Notes: a model not told the origin generated them from the sequence alone. A stretch of 63,826 bases of DNA, filler included, from Reclinomonas americana ATCC 50394 (GCA_048213135.1; 20 parts of 20 records of this genome joined end to end with filler, not necessarily neighbours in it); one strand, 5' to 3'; counted from the first letter of the whole stretch, positions 34,677-47,692 are shown. Numbers and translations are program-made.

Positions 34677-36316
34677 TCACTGCGACACTTGCTTCTGCAG
34701 TTCCTCGTACGCCGCCGACCACGCATGCAGGTCCTGTATATGCGCACGAGTGAGATGTACACACTTCCTCATCGTCGTCGTCGTCGTCGTCGAAACGCAA
34801 CTGTGGTGGCCGTGCGCAGCGACTCCTCCAGCTGCGTGCACGAGGCCTCGAGCTCGGCAATGCGGGCGTTGGCGGTGGCGTCGCCAGTCTCCTTCTCCGA
34901 TTTGAGCTCGTCGTAGGCCAGCGCCCACGAGCCCAGATCCTGCAAATATTCGCGTGAGTTTCAGCCACATGCCGTCCCACTTCCCCCAGTTGTGTGTCTC
35001 ACCTCGTTGGCTTTCGACAATTCCGCCTTCACCGACTCCAGCTCCTCCTTGGTGGCGCGCAACTCCTCCACCAACGCCGGGTCAATGACGGGTGCGGGTG
35101 GCGGGGCGCTCACCGCTCCAGACGCCGCCGTCGTCGCCTTCAGTGTCTCGTCCAGCTTCGCGAGCATGCATGTCAGGAAAATAAAAACACACAAGAATCG
35201 CCACAATGCGGTATTCGCACCTCGGCATAGGCCTCCGACCACCCAACAATGTCGTCGCGTGCGCGCTCCAGATCCGCCTGCAGCGACTCGGCACGCGCTT
35301 CGGCGGCCTCCATGCGCGCTGTCAGTGCCTTCAGCTGCGCTTCGGTGGCATCCAGCGTCACACGTGCCGTCTGCGCGCGCATCTCGGCCGCGTCGCGTGC
35401 CGCGCTGAGCGCCGCCAACTGCTCGGTGGCATCGGCGGCTGCGGCAGCCTGTTGTACCTCGGCACGCACGCTGCTCACTTCAGCCTCCAGTCGTGCAATG
35501 GTGGCCTCGTGACGCGCACAATCCGCCACAGCGTGCTCCTTCTCGACCATGATGCGGTCACGCTCCTGCGACGAGTGATGAGGGGGGATGAAGAGGGAGG
35601 GAGGGGAAAAAATGAGTGACAATACGTACCTTCCACACGCTGTCCAACTTTGCCTCCAGCGTCGCCAGTTGCTGCTGCAGGGCCGCCGACTCTTCTTGTT
35701 GTGATGCATGCTGTGGCGAAGCGTGAGAAGTGGAGAGTTGGACAGAACATACCCAGCATCACGTACCGCCTGCAGCGTCGCCACGTGCGCCTGTTCACGT
35801 GCAAGGTGGCCCTGCAGTTGTTGGACTTGCGACACCAGCACGTCTTTGCCCGCCTGCAATTCAGCCGCTTGCTGTACTCCCACAAAGAAAACATCAGCGA
35901 AACGCATGTGCAGCAGATGGGAAAAGGGGGTGCACGAACCGATCGCAGCGCTTGCGTGTCACGCTCGAGGCCAGCGATGCGAGTGGTGGCCTCGTGCAGC
36001 TGCGTGCGCAGTCGATTCTCCTCCTCGCGCGACACAGCCGCCACCGATGAGGCCTCGCTCTGCTTCTTGGCCACCTCGGCTTCCAGGGCACGGAAAATTG
36101 CGCGCTGCTGTTCACACGCCGCCGTCTCCGCCGCCTTCTCCTCCTTCTTCTTGTTGACCTCGGCCTCGATCAGGCGGTAGATTGTGCGCAGCGAGTCGCA
36201 CTCCTGTGAGGGGCGTAAGAGGCAAGGATGACGACTGGCGTGATCCGCCATTGTTTCGCACCTTGGTGAGCATCTGGCGTGTTTGCTCCAGCGTGGCCAC
36301 ATCCCCCGCCGCTGCC
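34677..36316 (-). CDS. Long coiled-coil protein, 5'-partial
   Basis: A/E/Q/L-rich heptad exons joined in frame; stop at 34677. Confidence 0.75.
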
Positions 36317-36438
36317 NNNNNNNNNNNNNNNNNNNNNNNNNNNNNNNNNNNNNNNNNNNNTTAATTAATTAANNNNNNNNNNNNNNNNNNNNNNNNNNNN
36401 NNNNNNNNNNNNNNNNTTCGCTCTCCACTCTCCGTCTC

Positions 36439-37333
36439 ATGCGAGCGACTGCACAGCGGGCGCACGACGAAATCATTCAGTGGCTGAATCGCAGTTTGGC
36501 GGCGTATCGCATGCAAGTGGGCTTGCTGGCCGAAGGTGCTTCTCTAATCCCTCCTCGTCTCCTGCTGACGCCGCGTGCACTCAACACCTCGCACAAATGT
36601 AGAGGGATCGGTGGGCCTGTCGCGTGAGTTGCGCGATGGTCGCGTGCTGTGTGGCCTAGTGCATCGCTTCTACTCGGACTCGGCGCTGCAGCTGTCGTCG
36701 GTGTTCACGCAGCCGCGCCTGCCGAAGCACTGCTTGCATAATCTACGCATGGCGGTCGATGCGTTGTCGTTTGTGCGCCATCCCATGTTCCTCACGGCCG
36801 ACGATTTTTACAATGTCAGCGAGGAGGTTGCGTGCTTTTGTTTGTCGTCGTGACGCCTACCATTGCCTCACTGTCGTCTCTTGTGTAGCACGCCGGCTTT
36901 GTGCTCGTGCAAATGCATGTGCTGCGCAACCGTTTGCGATACCTCGACAATTCATGGGACGACGGCGACGGTGAGCGCTACATTTTCGCAGGCCGACACA
37001 ATCGACTCCTCATTCTCACCGAGTGCAAGCAAGCACAGATTTGGGCGAGCGGCTACTGATGGCGGACTCGCCGGTGTTTTCCCGAACGCGCCAGACTGAA
37101 GCGGTTCCGTGTTGCCTCTGTCTTCCTTCGAGGTTTTCCGCCCGTCTGTTGGCTGATTTATCGCAATAGGTGACGCTGGCGGACGGACTGCGGCTGGATG
37201 TGGAGACGGCCGACCGCATCGCAGATGAGCTGTCACGCATGGCGGACGACGGCGAGATCATTGATGTGGACCCAGATCGCCAGCACTCGCCATTGCAGGT
37301 GCCGCCACAGCTGCAGGATGAGGCCGCGGAGCT

Positions 37334-37365
<32 letters not shown>

Positions 37366-38469
37366 TGGATCGTGGCAACGGTACGGCTCGTCGACCATTC
37401 ACCGTTGGCTCGGTGCAGTCGAACAGCAGTACCGCGTCACTGGGCAGCTCGTCGACCTCGTCCACTCGTCTGTTGACGGTGGAGCAGGAGGACGCACTGA
37501 TTGAGAGGTATCAGCGAACGCTGCAGTCGCGGCGCGACTCGCTCGGTGGCTCCATGCGCGGCAGCGTCGGGCCGCTGCGCTTCAGTGACTTGCACGGTGC
37601 ATTTGGTGGCGCGCGCGGTGCCGGTTCGCCCACGTCGCCCACATCGCCCTCCTCCTCGCGGCGCAAGTCGTCGCCGAGTCGCAGGCGTGTGCAGGCCGAC
37701 GCCTCGTTCGGACCCGAGGTGCGCATGAAGGGCAGTTTTGAGCAGGAGCGTGAAGAGGAGGAGGGTGAGGAGGAGGTGGTGCTGCGCTTCGGGCGTGTCG
37801 GCTACCGTTACCGCAAGCTGCCGGTGGAGCAAGTGCAGCGAGGCACCGGCACTCTTGCTGTTGCGTTGTTTNNNNNNNNNNNNNNNNNNNNNNNNNNNNN
37901 NNNNNNNNNNNNNNNTTAATTAATTAANNNNNNNNNNNNNNNNNNNNNNNNNNNNNNNNNNNNNNNNNNNNTGTCATGAACGGCTTCATGCGCACCATTA
38001 CGCGGCAGGACTGGCTCTACGTGTCGCAGTTCCTCAGTCTGCACCTCGTGCAAGTGTCACCCGTGTTCTCCGATGGCGAGCTGTTCCCGCGTCCGAGTTA
38101 CATGCTGGTGGCGCGTCAGGACGACGAGCAGCACGAGTCGTTGTACTGCGAACTGACCCCGAATCAGCGCCAATGTTGCGTTCCCTCCTTGGTAGGGTAG
38201 ATAGAGAAAAGAATACAAAGTTTGATTGCTAACGCCCGTTCCTTTTTTTTTGTGTTGCAGACTTGGAGACGGTGCGCGCCGACTTTTACACGTGCGACGA
38301 CGCCACAGGTCGTGAATTCGACGCCACCACGTTTTTGCCGACCGACGGTCGCGGCGAGCAACTGCAACGCATGGGCCCCTCTGGCTACCGCCTGCTGCTC
38401 ACCGATGAGATGACCACGCCGTGTGTGCCGTTTGCAGTGCCACTGGCCAGAGCTATTTTGACGAAGTGA
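36439..38469 (+). CDS. Calponin-homology (CH) domain protein (contains a gap)
   Basis: EIIQWLNR...LRDGRVLCGLVH...NLRMAVDAL...FLTADDFY matches the CH pattern. Low-complexity middle. Joining of the post-gap exons is assumed. Confidence 0.65.
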
Positions 38470-38498
38470 ATGCGCAAAGGAGTTGTACAACAACGACA

Positions 38499-39373
38499 AC
38501 AACAACAACATTACTAATCCAAACAGCAACACAGCTGCATGATTATCACCAACCAGTCTTGAGAGAGTACCAGAAACTCAGATATTTCGGAAAAAAGCGA
38601 GAAAAAGTCGAGATGGAAGTTTCCTTTCCAGCAAACAGGCAACAGCTGTCTTGACGATCATGTATCCGAGACATCAACACAATCAGCAGTCTCGAGGGCA
38701 GAAGTACAGTTTGATGGTGCATGAATTGTTGTTGTCGCTGGCAAAATTCTGCATTGTTCGAATTCCGTACTCGCGATCGGACCGTGGCCATGGCCATTGA
38801 GAACTGCAGTCTGCCGACAAAAGCTCCGAAGGTCAATTGCCGACAAGTACGACTGGACAGAAGGGCAATATTCCATCTTTCTGCTGCTGTGAACGTGGAG
38901 CAAAAACAAAAACGTTGGACAAACAGAAAAAGAAAAAAGAATTCACGAACAATTCAATGCAAAGTGGCTGATCTGACGCCGGATTAATGATGGAGCAACG
39001 AATGCAACACATGCTACTGCTAGCCTCTAAACCCCCTGCTCGTGTACACGATCCACCATCTAGTCCGCCGACACGAAACGTGTCCGCCGATATTCACGCG
39101 AATTCGAAAAAATCGAACACGAACATGCGCAGCCGCCACTTGCACCGCTGCCGCCACTGCTACACACCCAGCACAGAACCACACACCACCATCCGCACAC
39201 CACCGCAACCAAACAGAAAGCCAACGTTGACATTACGGCATCTCGACTGTTTCTCACGGTAACCTTTCTCACTTTTTTCGAATTCGTTGATGTCTCAGTT
39301 TCTGGCCAGGTGCTCTCTCAAGATGGTAGACTATCACGCAGCTGTGTTGCCATTTGGATTGGTGTTGTTGTTT
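38499..39373. mobile_element. Non-coding element bounded by ~120-bp imperfect inverted repeats (MITE/foldback-like)
   Basis: 38499-38615 (AACAACA..AATCCAAACAGCAACACAGCTGCATGAT...TCTTGAGAGAG..CCAGAAACTCAGA...AAAAAAGCGAGAAA..AGTCGAGATG) matches the reverse complement of ~39239-39373. Confidence 0.55.
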
Positions 39374-39735
39374 GAAATTCCGATTTCCGCGAAAAAACTC
39401 ATTTGTCCCTCCGGTTGAGCGCGAGCCGCGCCGAATTGTCACGGTGTGAAGAATCGATGAGTGGTGGTGCGCGTCCACCGCAACACACAAGCGTGGTATT
39501 ACCAGGCAGCGCCGGGCCTNNNNNNNNNNNNNNNNNNNNNNNNNNNNNNNNNNNNNNNNNNNNTTAATTAATTAANNNNNNNNNNNNNNNNNNNNNNNNN
39601 NNNNNNNNNNNNNNNNNNNTCTTTCGCCGCGCGCGTCGTGTGCTTTTCGTGTGCAGGTCATTGTTGCGTCGTGTGCTGCGTCGTGTGTGCATGCGCGCGC
39701 GTGTGTGTGTTTTGTTTAACCGTGCGTGTGTGCAG

Positions 39736-41284
39736 TCTGCCGCTCAACTTGTGGAGACAGTTTCAGCGACCTGCCAAGTTGCTGTTCACACAACTCTCTC
39801 TCTCTCTCACACACACCCCCTCTCGCTCACTATGTGGCCTCTGTCTCTTGCGTGCAGCGTGTACTTCCTGCTCATTGCGATTCTGACATCGTTCCCGTCG
39901 GTTTCGCAAGTGGGTCCCGCGTCGTCCATTGCACCACTCGTGTTTGTGTTGGCGGTGACTGCGCTGAAGGATGGCATTGAGGACTGGGTGCGTCCACTCT
40001 CTTTCTCTCTCTCAAAAGGCGTGCGCACACACGCTGATATCTCGCTTTCCCCCCGCGCGCGCGCGTGTGTGTGTGAGCAGAAGCGACATCGTTTGGACAA
40101 GGCTGTGAACAATCGCGTGGTGGAGGTGTGGCGAGAGAAGCACTGGGAGCGCATTGTGTGGCAGGAGGTGTGTGTGGTGCACACAATCGTCTGCGCGGAG
40201 GAATGTGTGTCCAATCACACCCACTCACTCTCTTTTCTCTCTCGCTGTGCGTGTCAGTTGAAACTCGGTGATGTGGTTCGCATTCGACGCGACGAGAAGG
40301 TGCCGGCCGACGTGCTGGCGTTTGGCTCGTCGGATCGTGGTGGCATCTCGTATGTCGACACGGCCGATCTCGATGGCGAAACGAACTTGAAACGCAAGGA
40401 TTCCTTTGTGATGACCCGCACGCTGCAGCCGGACCAGCAGGCGAGCTTCCAGGGTGCGTTGATTCGATCTTTTCTCATTTTTTGTGTGTCTGTGCGCGCG
40501 TGGAGAGCAAGATGTCCCTGGTGATGTGTGCGAGAGGGAGAGAGATGGAGAGAAGCGGGGTGATGATTGTCATGTTTGCCGATTCTTTTGTTCGAGTTCG
40601 ATGGCGTTTGATCATGTTGACGGTGATTGTGACCTTGCGACGACATGCGCGCAGGCTTCATCAAGTGCGAGTTGCCGAATCGTGATCTGCGCAAGTTCGA
40701 CTCCGCCTTTTATCGCTCGTACCCGGCGACCCAAGTCGGCGAATCGATCTCCATCAACAATCTCTTGCTCCGAGTTTCGTCCCGAGCGGAAGAACTGTCC
40801 GCCACACGCGCTCTTTCTCTTCTCACTTATTTGCTGTCTCTTGTGATACCAGGAATGCGTGCTGCGCAACACGGAGTGGGTGATTGGCGTGGCGTGCTAC
40901 ACGGGCGCCGACTCGAAGATTGCCCGACAGAACGCCACTGGCAAGGTGCGCCACAAGCTCGGCAAGATCGACAGGGCGATGAACTTGCTCGTCGGCTCCG
41001 TCTTTGGCTACCTCCTGCTGTGTGTCATTATCTGCACGATTGCTGGCGCCGCGTGGGGAGTTGCGTCATTGTTTTTTCTATCCCTCTCGCTCTTGCCCGC
41101 GTTGCTAATGATCCGCGTGCAGTACCAAAACTCGAAGAACACCTTTNNNNNNNNNNNNNNNNNNNNNNNNNNNNNNNNNNNNNNNNNNNNTTAATTAATT
41201 AANNNNNNNNNNNNNNNNNNNNNNNNNNNNNNNNNNNNNNNNNNNNGCCCGTCGACTTCCTCCTCCCTCCCTCCCTCCCTCTCG

Positions 41285-41343
<59 letters not shown>

Positions 41344-42916
41344 TCCCTTCTCTTCCTCCTTCCCTCCTCTCTTCCCTTCCCTTCTCTTCCCTTCCCTTCT
41401 CTTCCCTTCCCTTCTCTTCCCTTCTCTTCCCTTCTCTTCTCTTCCCTTCCCTTCCCTTGCTCACCCCATTCTTGTCTGCGAGCGCAGAAGGGCTTCAATT
41501 TCCGCGACACCTCGCTGATGAACGGCAACTGGGTCCGCCTGCCGCACCCCGAAGTCATCGAGCACTACATGTACATGCTGGCGCTGTGCAACGATGTGCT
41601 GGTGGAGCGCGACCAGGAAAACCCCGATCCCAACGAGTACTCGTACAAGGCGTCGTCGCCTGATGAGCTGGCGTTGGTGATTGCCGGCAAGAAGTTTGGC
41701 TTCATTCTGCGAGTTTCGTTGCTCCCTCCCCTTCATTCTCTTTTGTTTCGTTCGCTGCTGCTCAATTTTCTCTCTGTTGTCTGTAGGCGGCCGACGATCA
41801 GACCAAGACGCTGGAGCGCCTGGACACGCGCGAGATGCAGACGTTCCAGTTGTTGCAGAGCTTCGAGTTCGACTCGGATCGCAAGCGACAGTCTGTCATT
41901 CTGCGCCACCCTCGCACCGGTGCCATTATTCTGTACGTCAAGGGCGCCGACTCCATTGTCATGTCGCGTTTGCACCCGACGTCGCCGTTTGTGGCCGAGA
42001 CACAAAGTCGCCTCGATGTTGCGTTCTCTTCACATCGTTTTATCGATGTGCACTGTTTTGACCTGCTTGTGCACACTCACAGCAATTCGCCAACGACGGT
42101 CTGCGTACGCTTGCCCTCGCCATGAAGGAAATCCCCGCGCCTGTGTACGAGGAGTGGTTCCAGCGGCTGCAGGTTGCCAAGTCCGCCACCGAAGGCCGTG
42201 ATGCCAAGGTTTGTCGATGTCGCGTGTGGCAGCTTGCGAGTCGTGCTCACACAGCGTCTTCACACTAGGTGGGCGCACTGGCCAACGAGATCGAACAAGG
42301 TCTCTTCCTGGTCGGTGCGACGGCCATTGAGGACAAGCTGCAAGAGGGCGTGCCCGACGCCATTGCCACCATGCAACGCGCCAACCTGCGCATCTGGATT
42401 CTCACGGGGTAATTCGACTCACTCTTGTCGTTATTGGTGTCGTGTGGAGTAATGCAGCTCAACCGTCACTTGTGCTCTCTCTCCCTTCTCCCACTCCCGC
42501 GCAGCGACAAGTGGGACACGGCCATCAACATTGGTCATGCCTGCTCGTTGCTGAATGATCAGATGAAGCAGCTGGAGATTCAGATGCCCAAGGAGACCAA
42601 TCACCCCCTGGTGCAGAAGACTCGTGGTGCAAGCAGGGCTGCCCGGGAGCACGAGGAACGCGTGTACGTGCACGAAATTATTAAGCGTGCAGCAATTCAC
42701 GCACGCGACTTGAGGAAGGTGAGCATCAAAATCTCTGTCCACTTATCTCTCACTCGTTGCTTTGCTTTCTCAACCAACTCTCATCTCGGGTGCAGATGAA
42801 CGAGCCGTACAGCGTCGTCATTGACGGCGAGTCGCTGACGTACGCACTGGCCACCTCGGAGCAGTTCCCTACGCGTGAACTTTTCCGTGAGGTGGGCATG
42901 GGCAGCAAGGCTGTGG
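39736..42916 (+). CDS. P4-type ATPase (phospholipid flippase), partial and gapped
   Basis: [85 protein letters not shown]. Confidence 0.95.
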
Positions 42917-43029
42917 NNNNNNNNNNNNNNNNNNNNNNNNNNNNNNNNNNNNNNNNNNNNTTAATTAATTAANNNNNNNNNNNNNNNNNNNNNNNNNNNN
43001 NNNNNNNNNNNNNNNNGTGTCGTTTGTTG

Positions 43030-43101
<72 letters not shown>

Positions 43102-43510
43102 TACTCCCCTTTTTCTGCTGTTTCTTCATTTTTTCATTGCGGCATCATCCTGTGTTAGTGTCTGTGTCTGTGTCTGTCAGTATGTATGTGTGTCTCAACA
43201 CTCTGTATACATCTCCGCATGTATGGTACCGTCTCTTGCTGCTGATGGGTTTGCTGGTGGTGGCCGCGCTCTGGAACGTGTTTGGGTGTGTGCGACAAGT
43301 GCCAAGTGCGGGGAAGCACCGGGGGGAATTTGTGCGTGTGGTGTGTTTCTTCCGCCGGCACTGCGTCTCCGCACCCCTTACGATTTTCTCTCTTTTCTTT
43401 TTAATGGCGTGTGCTCACACGGCGGCTGTCAAATGAATGCAAGTGCATGTGTTTGGGAAGGAGAGAGATAAGAGCGAGAAAGAGAAAAAGGATAAATTGG
43501 GCGAATAGCA

Positions 43511-44738
43511 TTACGGTCGCAAGCGACGCAGCTCGCCCTTCTCCGCATCAGCTGCCTCCTCAGCCGCGGAGTCCTGCAGCACCCAGCGCCACAGCGCACC
43601 GGCACCAATGGCACCGATCGCAGGTCCGAGCCAGTAAATCCACCAGCCGGTCCACGACACGGCGACGAGAGCCGGGCCAAAGGAGCGCGCGGGGTTCATG
43701 CTGGCGCCCGACACCCAGGCACCGGCAAACACATTGGCGGCGACCACAGCGCCGACACTCTGCACCGGAGAAGCAGCAGCGTTGAGAAGAGAGACAACTG
43801 CATGCGTGTGACAGTGCATTCCACCGCGCCAACGCAACGACAGGGACCAGCTTCTTGAAGGCGGGATTCTTGGTGACCAGGAGCACCGACAGCAGCAGCG
43901 TGAACGTGAGGAAGATCTCCGTCACCAGCGCGGTGCCTTGCGAGACCGCCGGCCCAGGAACCGTCGAGCCGCACTTCTCATCAAGAGCGCCCGGCAGCAC
44001 CAACAGCAGCACGCAGCCAATGATCGCTGCAGGACAGTGAGCGAGTGCCACTCGCTCATTCTCCACAAGCGGCCACTCACTCACCACCGAGGCACTCGGC
44101 AATAATGTAAAACACCGCACGCAGATACGAGTGCGGGAAGCGCCCGGCCACAATGTGCGCCAGCACGTTGGCGGGGTTGATGAATGCACCCGACACGTGC
44201 GCAAACGTAAACACAATGAAACCAACGGCCAAACCGTTGACGCCCGCCGCCGCAATCAGCCGGCCAATGGCATTCGCATCGCCTTGGCTGTCGGAATAAT
44301 TATCATCATCAGCATGCTCTCTGTTGCACACACACACTCTCTCTCGTTGTCTCACCGCAGTGACGGGTTGCCAGTCACTATTGAATGCGCATGTGAGTCA
44401 GTGCGTGTGTGAGAGAGAGAGAGAGAGTCGATAATGCACAGTGCGGCTCACCAATGGTCGTGTATCCAATGAGCGACAGCAAGCTGCATCAGCAAGGCGT
44501 CATCACACCACTCAGTTCGTTCTCTCTTTTACATAAGACGCAACAACATAGTTCCGAGGAACTCGCCCACCATCTGCCGCACAAACGCGCGCACACCACC
44601 CTCATCGCTATACAAAATGCGACTGAGTGCGCTCTTCCGCGTGCTCGTCGCACCGCCCGCGTGATTGACGCTGCTGACACCAGAGGCGGTCGTGGAGCTC
44701 GGCTCGTCGAGAGTGCTGTAGCCACCGCGGCCCGCCAT
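43511..44738 (-). CDS. Aquaporin (MIP family)
   Basis: [34 protein letters not shown] and WIYWLGP; five introns. Confidence 0.93.
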
Positions 44739-44824
44739 CTCAACAAAGGTCGATATCGATGATCGATGGTAATTTCATCCCGTCATTCACAGATTCATCG
44801 TCTTTGTGCAACGCAAACGCAGTG

Positions 44825-45857
44825 ATGGAGGTCGACGAAGAGGCGCCGACTGCGCACAGCGACACGCGACCAAAGCGCGGCAAGCAGAAGCGCATGGATA
44901 ACAAGGCATGCGCGTGTTGTGTGCGCTTGTGTGTGTCTTCTGTGTTTTCATGCTCATCGTCTTTTGCGCGCAGCCTTGGGACACTGAGGATGTCGACAAG
45001 TGGAAGATTGAGCCGTTCAAGGAGGTGCGGGGGAAGAAAGAGTGGCGCGCGTGTTGGTGATGTGAATGTGCACATGGCTCACTCTCTCCTTTTTCTTGTT
45101 GTTGTTGTTGTTGCGCAGGGCGACATGAAGGCGCCGCTGTTGGAGGAGAGCTCGTTTGCGACGCTGTTTCCCGCGTACAGGGAAAAGTACTTGCGCGAGG
45201 TTTGTGACTGCTGGCGAGTGTGATGCACAGAGTTGCTGACGTGTGCTTGCTTAGTCGTGGCCGGAGATCACTCGACGACTGGAGCAGTACGGCATTGGGT
45301 GTGAGCTGAATCTGGTGGAAGTTGCGTTGGCATTTGGGAAACAGCACAGGTGGTGTGTGACGATGCTGATGCCAGCAANNNNNNNNNNNNNNNNNNNNNN
45401 NNNNNNNNNNNNNNNNNNNNNNTTAATTAATTAANNNNNNNNNNNNNNNNNNNNNNNNNNNNNNNNNNNNNNNNNNNNCGAGGTGAGTGCGCGATGGGGA
45501 TGTTTCGTGGTGGCTCACGTTGCTGAGAATGGGATGAATTGCAGGAACGGAAGAAGGCGTTTGTGCCTCCGGTGGAGAAGCACAAGCAGAAGAAGTCGTC
45601 GACGGAGGCGCAGTCAGCAGCCGCCGGCGCTTCGCGGGCTGGGGCGGTGCCAAAGGCGCAGGAAATGTCGGTGCATGACCTGAGCAAGAGATTCAAGGAG
45701 AAGGAGGCGGTGAGTGGCGATTTGGGAGAAGGAGGTGACAGTGGAGTCTAACTAGCGTCTCTTGCAGACTCGGAAGACGAAGAGACCGCGCGAGGACGAC
45801 GCAACAGAGTATGTGGCAGATGCTCCGCAGCTGAAGCGGCGAAACAGTAAGAAGTGA
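44825..45857 (+). CDS. KRR1: KRR1 small-subunit processome component (middle in a gap)
   Basis: KPWDTEDVDKWKIEPF, LLEESSFATLFPAYREKYLRE, ELNLVE, and C-terminal ERKKAFVPP. Confidence 0.92.
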
Positions 45858-46037
45858 GTGAACACATGCTTGTTGTTAAGACGGGAAGGGGAGTCGCGCG
45901 AGATGCAGTGGTTAGAGAGACACATCTGCACACCCAGGTTCGCCCACGTCTGAGACGGTCTTAGCAGGCTCGTACACTGGCTTTAGGCACGTGTAAACTC
46001 TGTGGGTGACATGACCCTTGACGAGACAAGAGACTTT

Positions 46038-46190
46038 CTCCACCAACAGTGCGGCTTTTTGCGAGCTGGAGTGTGGCTATGACGGCGTTTGTGTTGCAAT
46101 TGGATTACGACGGCGAATTGATGCAACGGTGGAGGGTGCGGACGAGCCGGAGATGGTGCTGTGGGCGTTCATTGCGGGAGAGGCATACGA
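46038..46190 (+). pseudogene. Degenerate relic of the WD40-family C-terminal tail
   Basis: STNSAAFCELECGYDGVCVAIGL...EPEMVLWAFIAGEA aligns by eye with STPVGLARCEVDAAREALQVVQEM...LPEMVLRCFIVEEA; CCGGAGATGGTGCTG is shared at DNA level. Confidence 0.55.
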
Positions 46191-46440
46191 ACAACAACAA
46201 CAACAACAATTCATTCACCAACAAACAAGCAACAGCTGTCTTGATGACCAAGTTCAACCGTATCCAAAAGGAAAGCATGATGAAGGCACGGTTCTCGTTG
46301 TTGAAATGAATGAATTCTGTTTGGGATACTTTGATCAAGACAGAGAAGTAAAGGCAGCAGTGCTACTTGCATTCTTGAACTGCAAACAACTTCCAGCAGC
46401 TTCGATCCTGCATCCGTAGGACACCTTATCTCCGTCTTTA

Positions 46441-47382
46441 ATGTCGAGCGAAGCACCTCCTCTCTTCCTGTGCCAACACGTGCTGGAGGGTCACACTGGA
46501 GGAGTATGGGCGATCGCCCTCACTCCCGACGGGCAACACATTGTGAGCGGTGGCTTCGACGACACTGGTCGTGTGTGGTCACTGACGAGTGGAGAAGAGG
46601 TGTTACGGNNNNNNNNNNNNNNNNNNNNNNNNNNNNNNNNNNNNNNNNNNNNTTAATTAATTAANNNNNNNNNNNNNNNNNNNNNNNNNNNNNNNNNNNN
46701 NNNNNNNNTGCGACGACTGACGGGACACGCGCATGCGGTGACATGCGTTGCCGTCACTCCCGATGGTCAGCATGTGGTGAGTGGAGGCTTTGATAACATG
46801 GTGCGTGTGTGGTCACTGGCGAGTGGCGAGGCGGTGCGGCAGTTGGCCGGACATGATGCAGGAGTGTGTTCCGTCACTGCTACGCCCGACTGCCGGCACA
46901 TCGTGAGCGGTGGCCACGACAATGCCGTGCGTGTGTGGTCACTGGCGAGCGGAGAAGAAGTGCAACGGTTGGAGGGACACACAGAGGAGGTGTGCTCGGT
47001 GGCTGTCACTCACGATGGGCGACATATTGTGAGCGGGAGTGACGACAAAACAGTGCGAGTGTGGTCGCTGGCGACCGGAGAGGAATTGTGTCGGCTGGAG
47101 GGACACACCGACGCGGTGGGGACTCTCGCCGTGACACGCGATGGCCAGCACGTAGTGAGCGGGAGCCTTGACGCGACTGTGCGAGTGTGGAGCACCCCCG
47201 TCGGTCTCGCTCGTTGTGAGGTCGATGCAGCACGCGAGGCATTGCAGGTCGTCCAGGAGATGCAGCGAAAGAAGGATCCGGACTCACGATGTCTGCCAGA
47301 GATGGTGCTGCGGTGCTTCATTGTGGAGGAGGCTGGTGTTGTGATGTATCGATGCCTCACAGATCCCGAACTTTGTCTGTGA
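46441..47382 (+). CDS. Intronless WD40 gene, copy F (contains a gap)
   Basis: MSSEAPPLFLCQHVLEGH start, WD repeats and the shared tail. Confidence 0.8.
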
Positions 47383-47692
47383 GACTGGATGCAAGGAGAG
47401 TGAAGTCTATCCTCGTGCGCTTTGTCTTCTTCCTCATTTTCGCTGTCGCCGCTGCTGTTGCTGCAGCTCCAATGATCGTTGTCTTTCTATCTCTCTCGGC
47501 ATGCTGAAGTGAATGGATTCTGTTTCGGCACTCGACGACAGAGAAGGCATGCTGCAGCGTGCCTCTTGAGCTCTTGTCACTCTTTACGAACTACGAACTC
47601 TCCCAACCAGCCGAGTCCACCATGGCGCAGCAGCTTCGACGTCGATCCCGTATCGATGGGACCTCCACACTTCATTCCTCGATCCACCTTCA

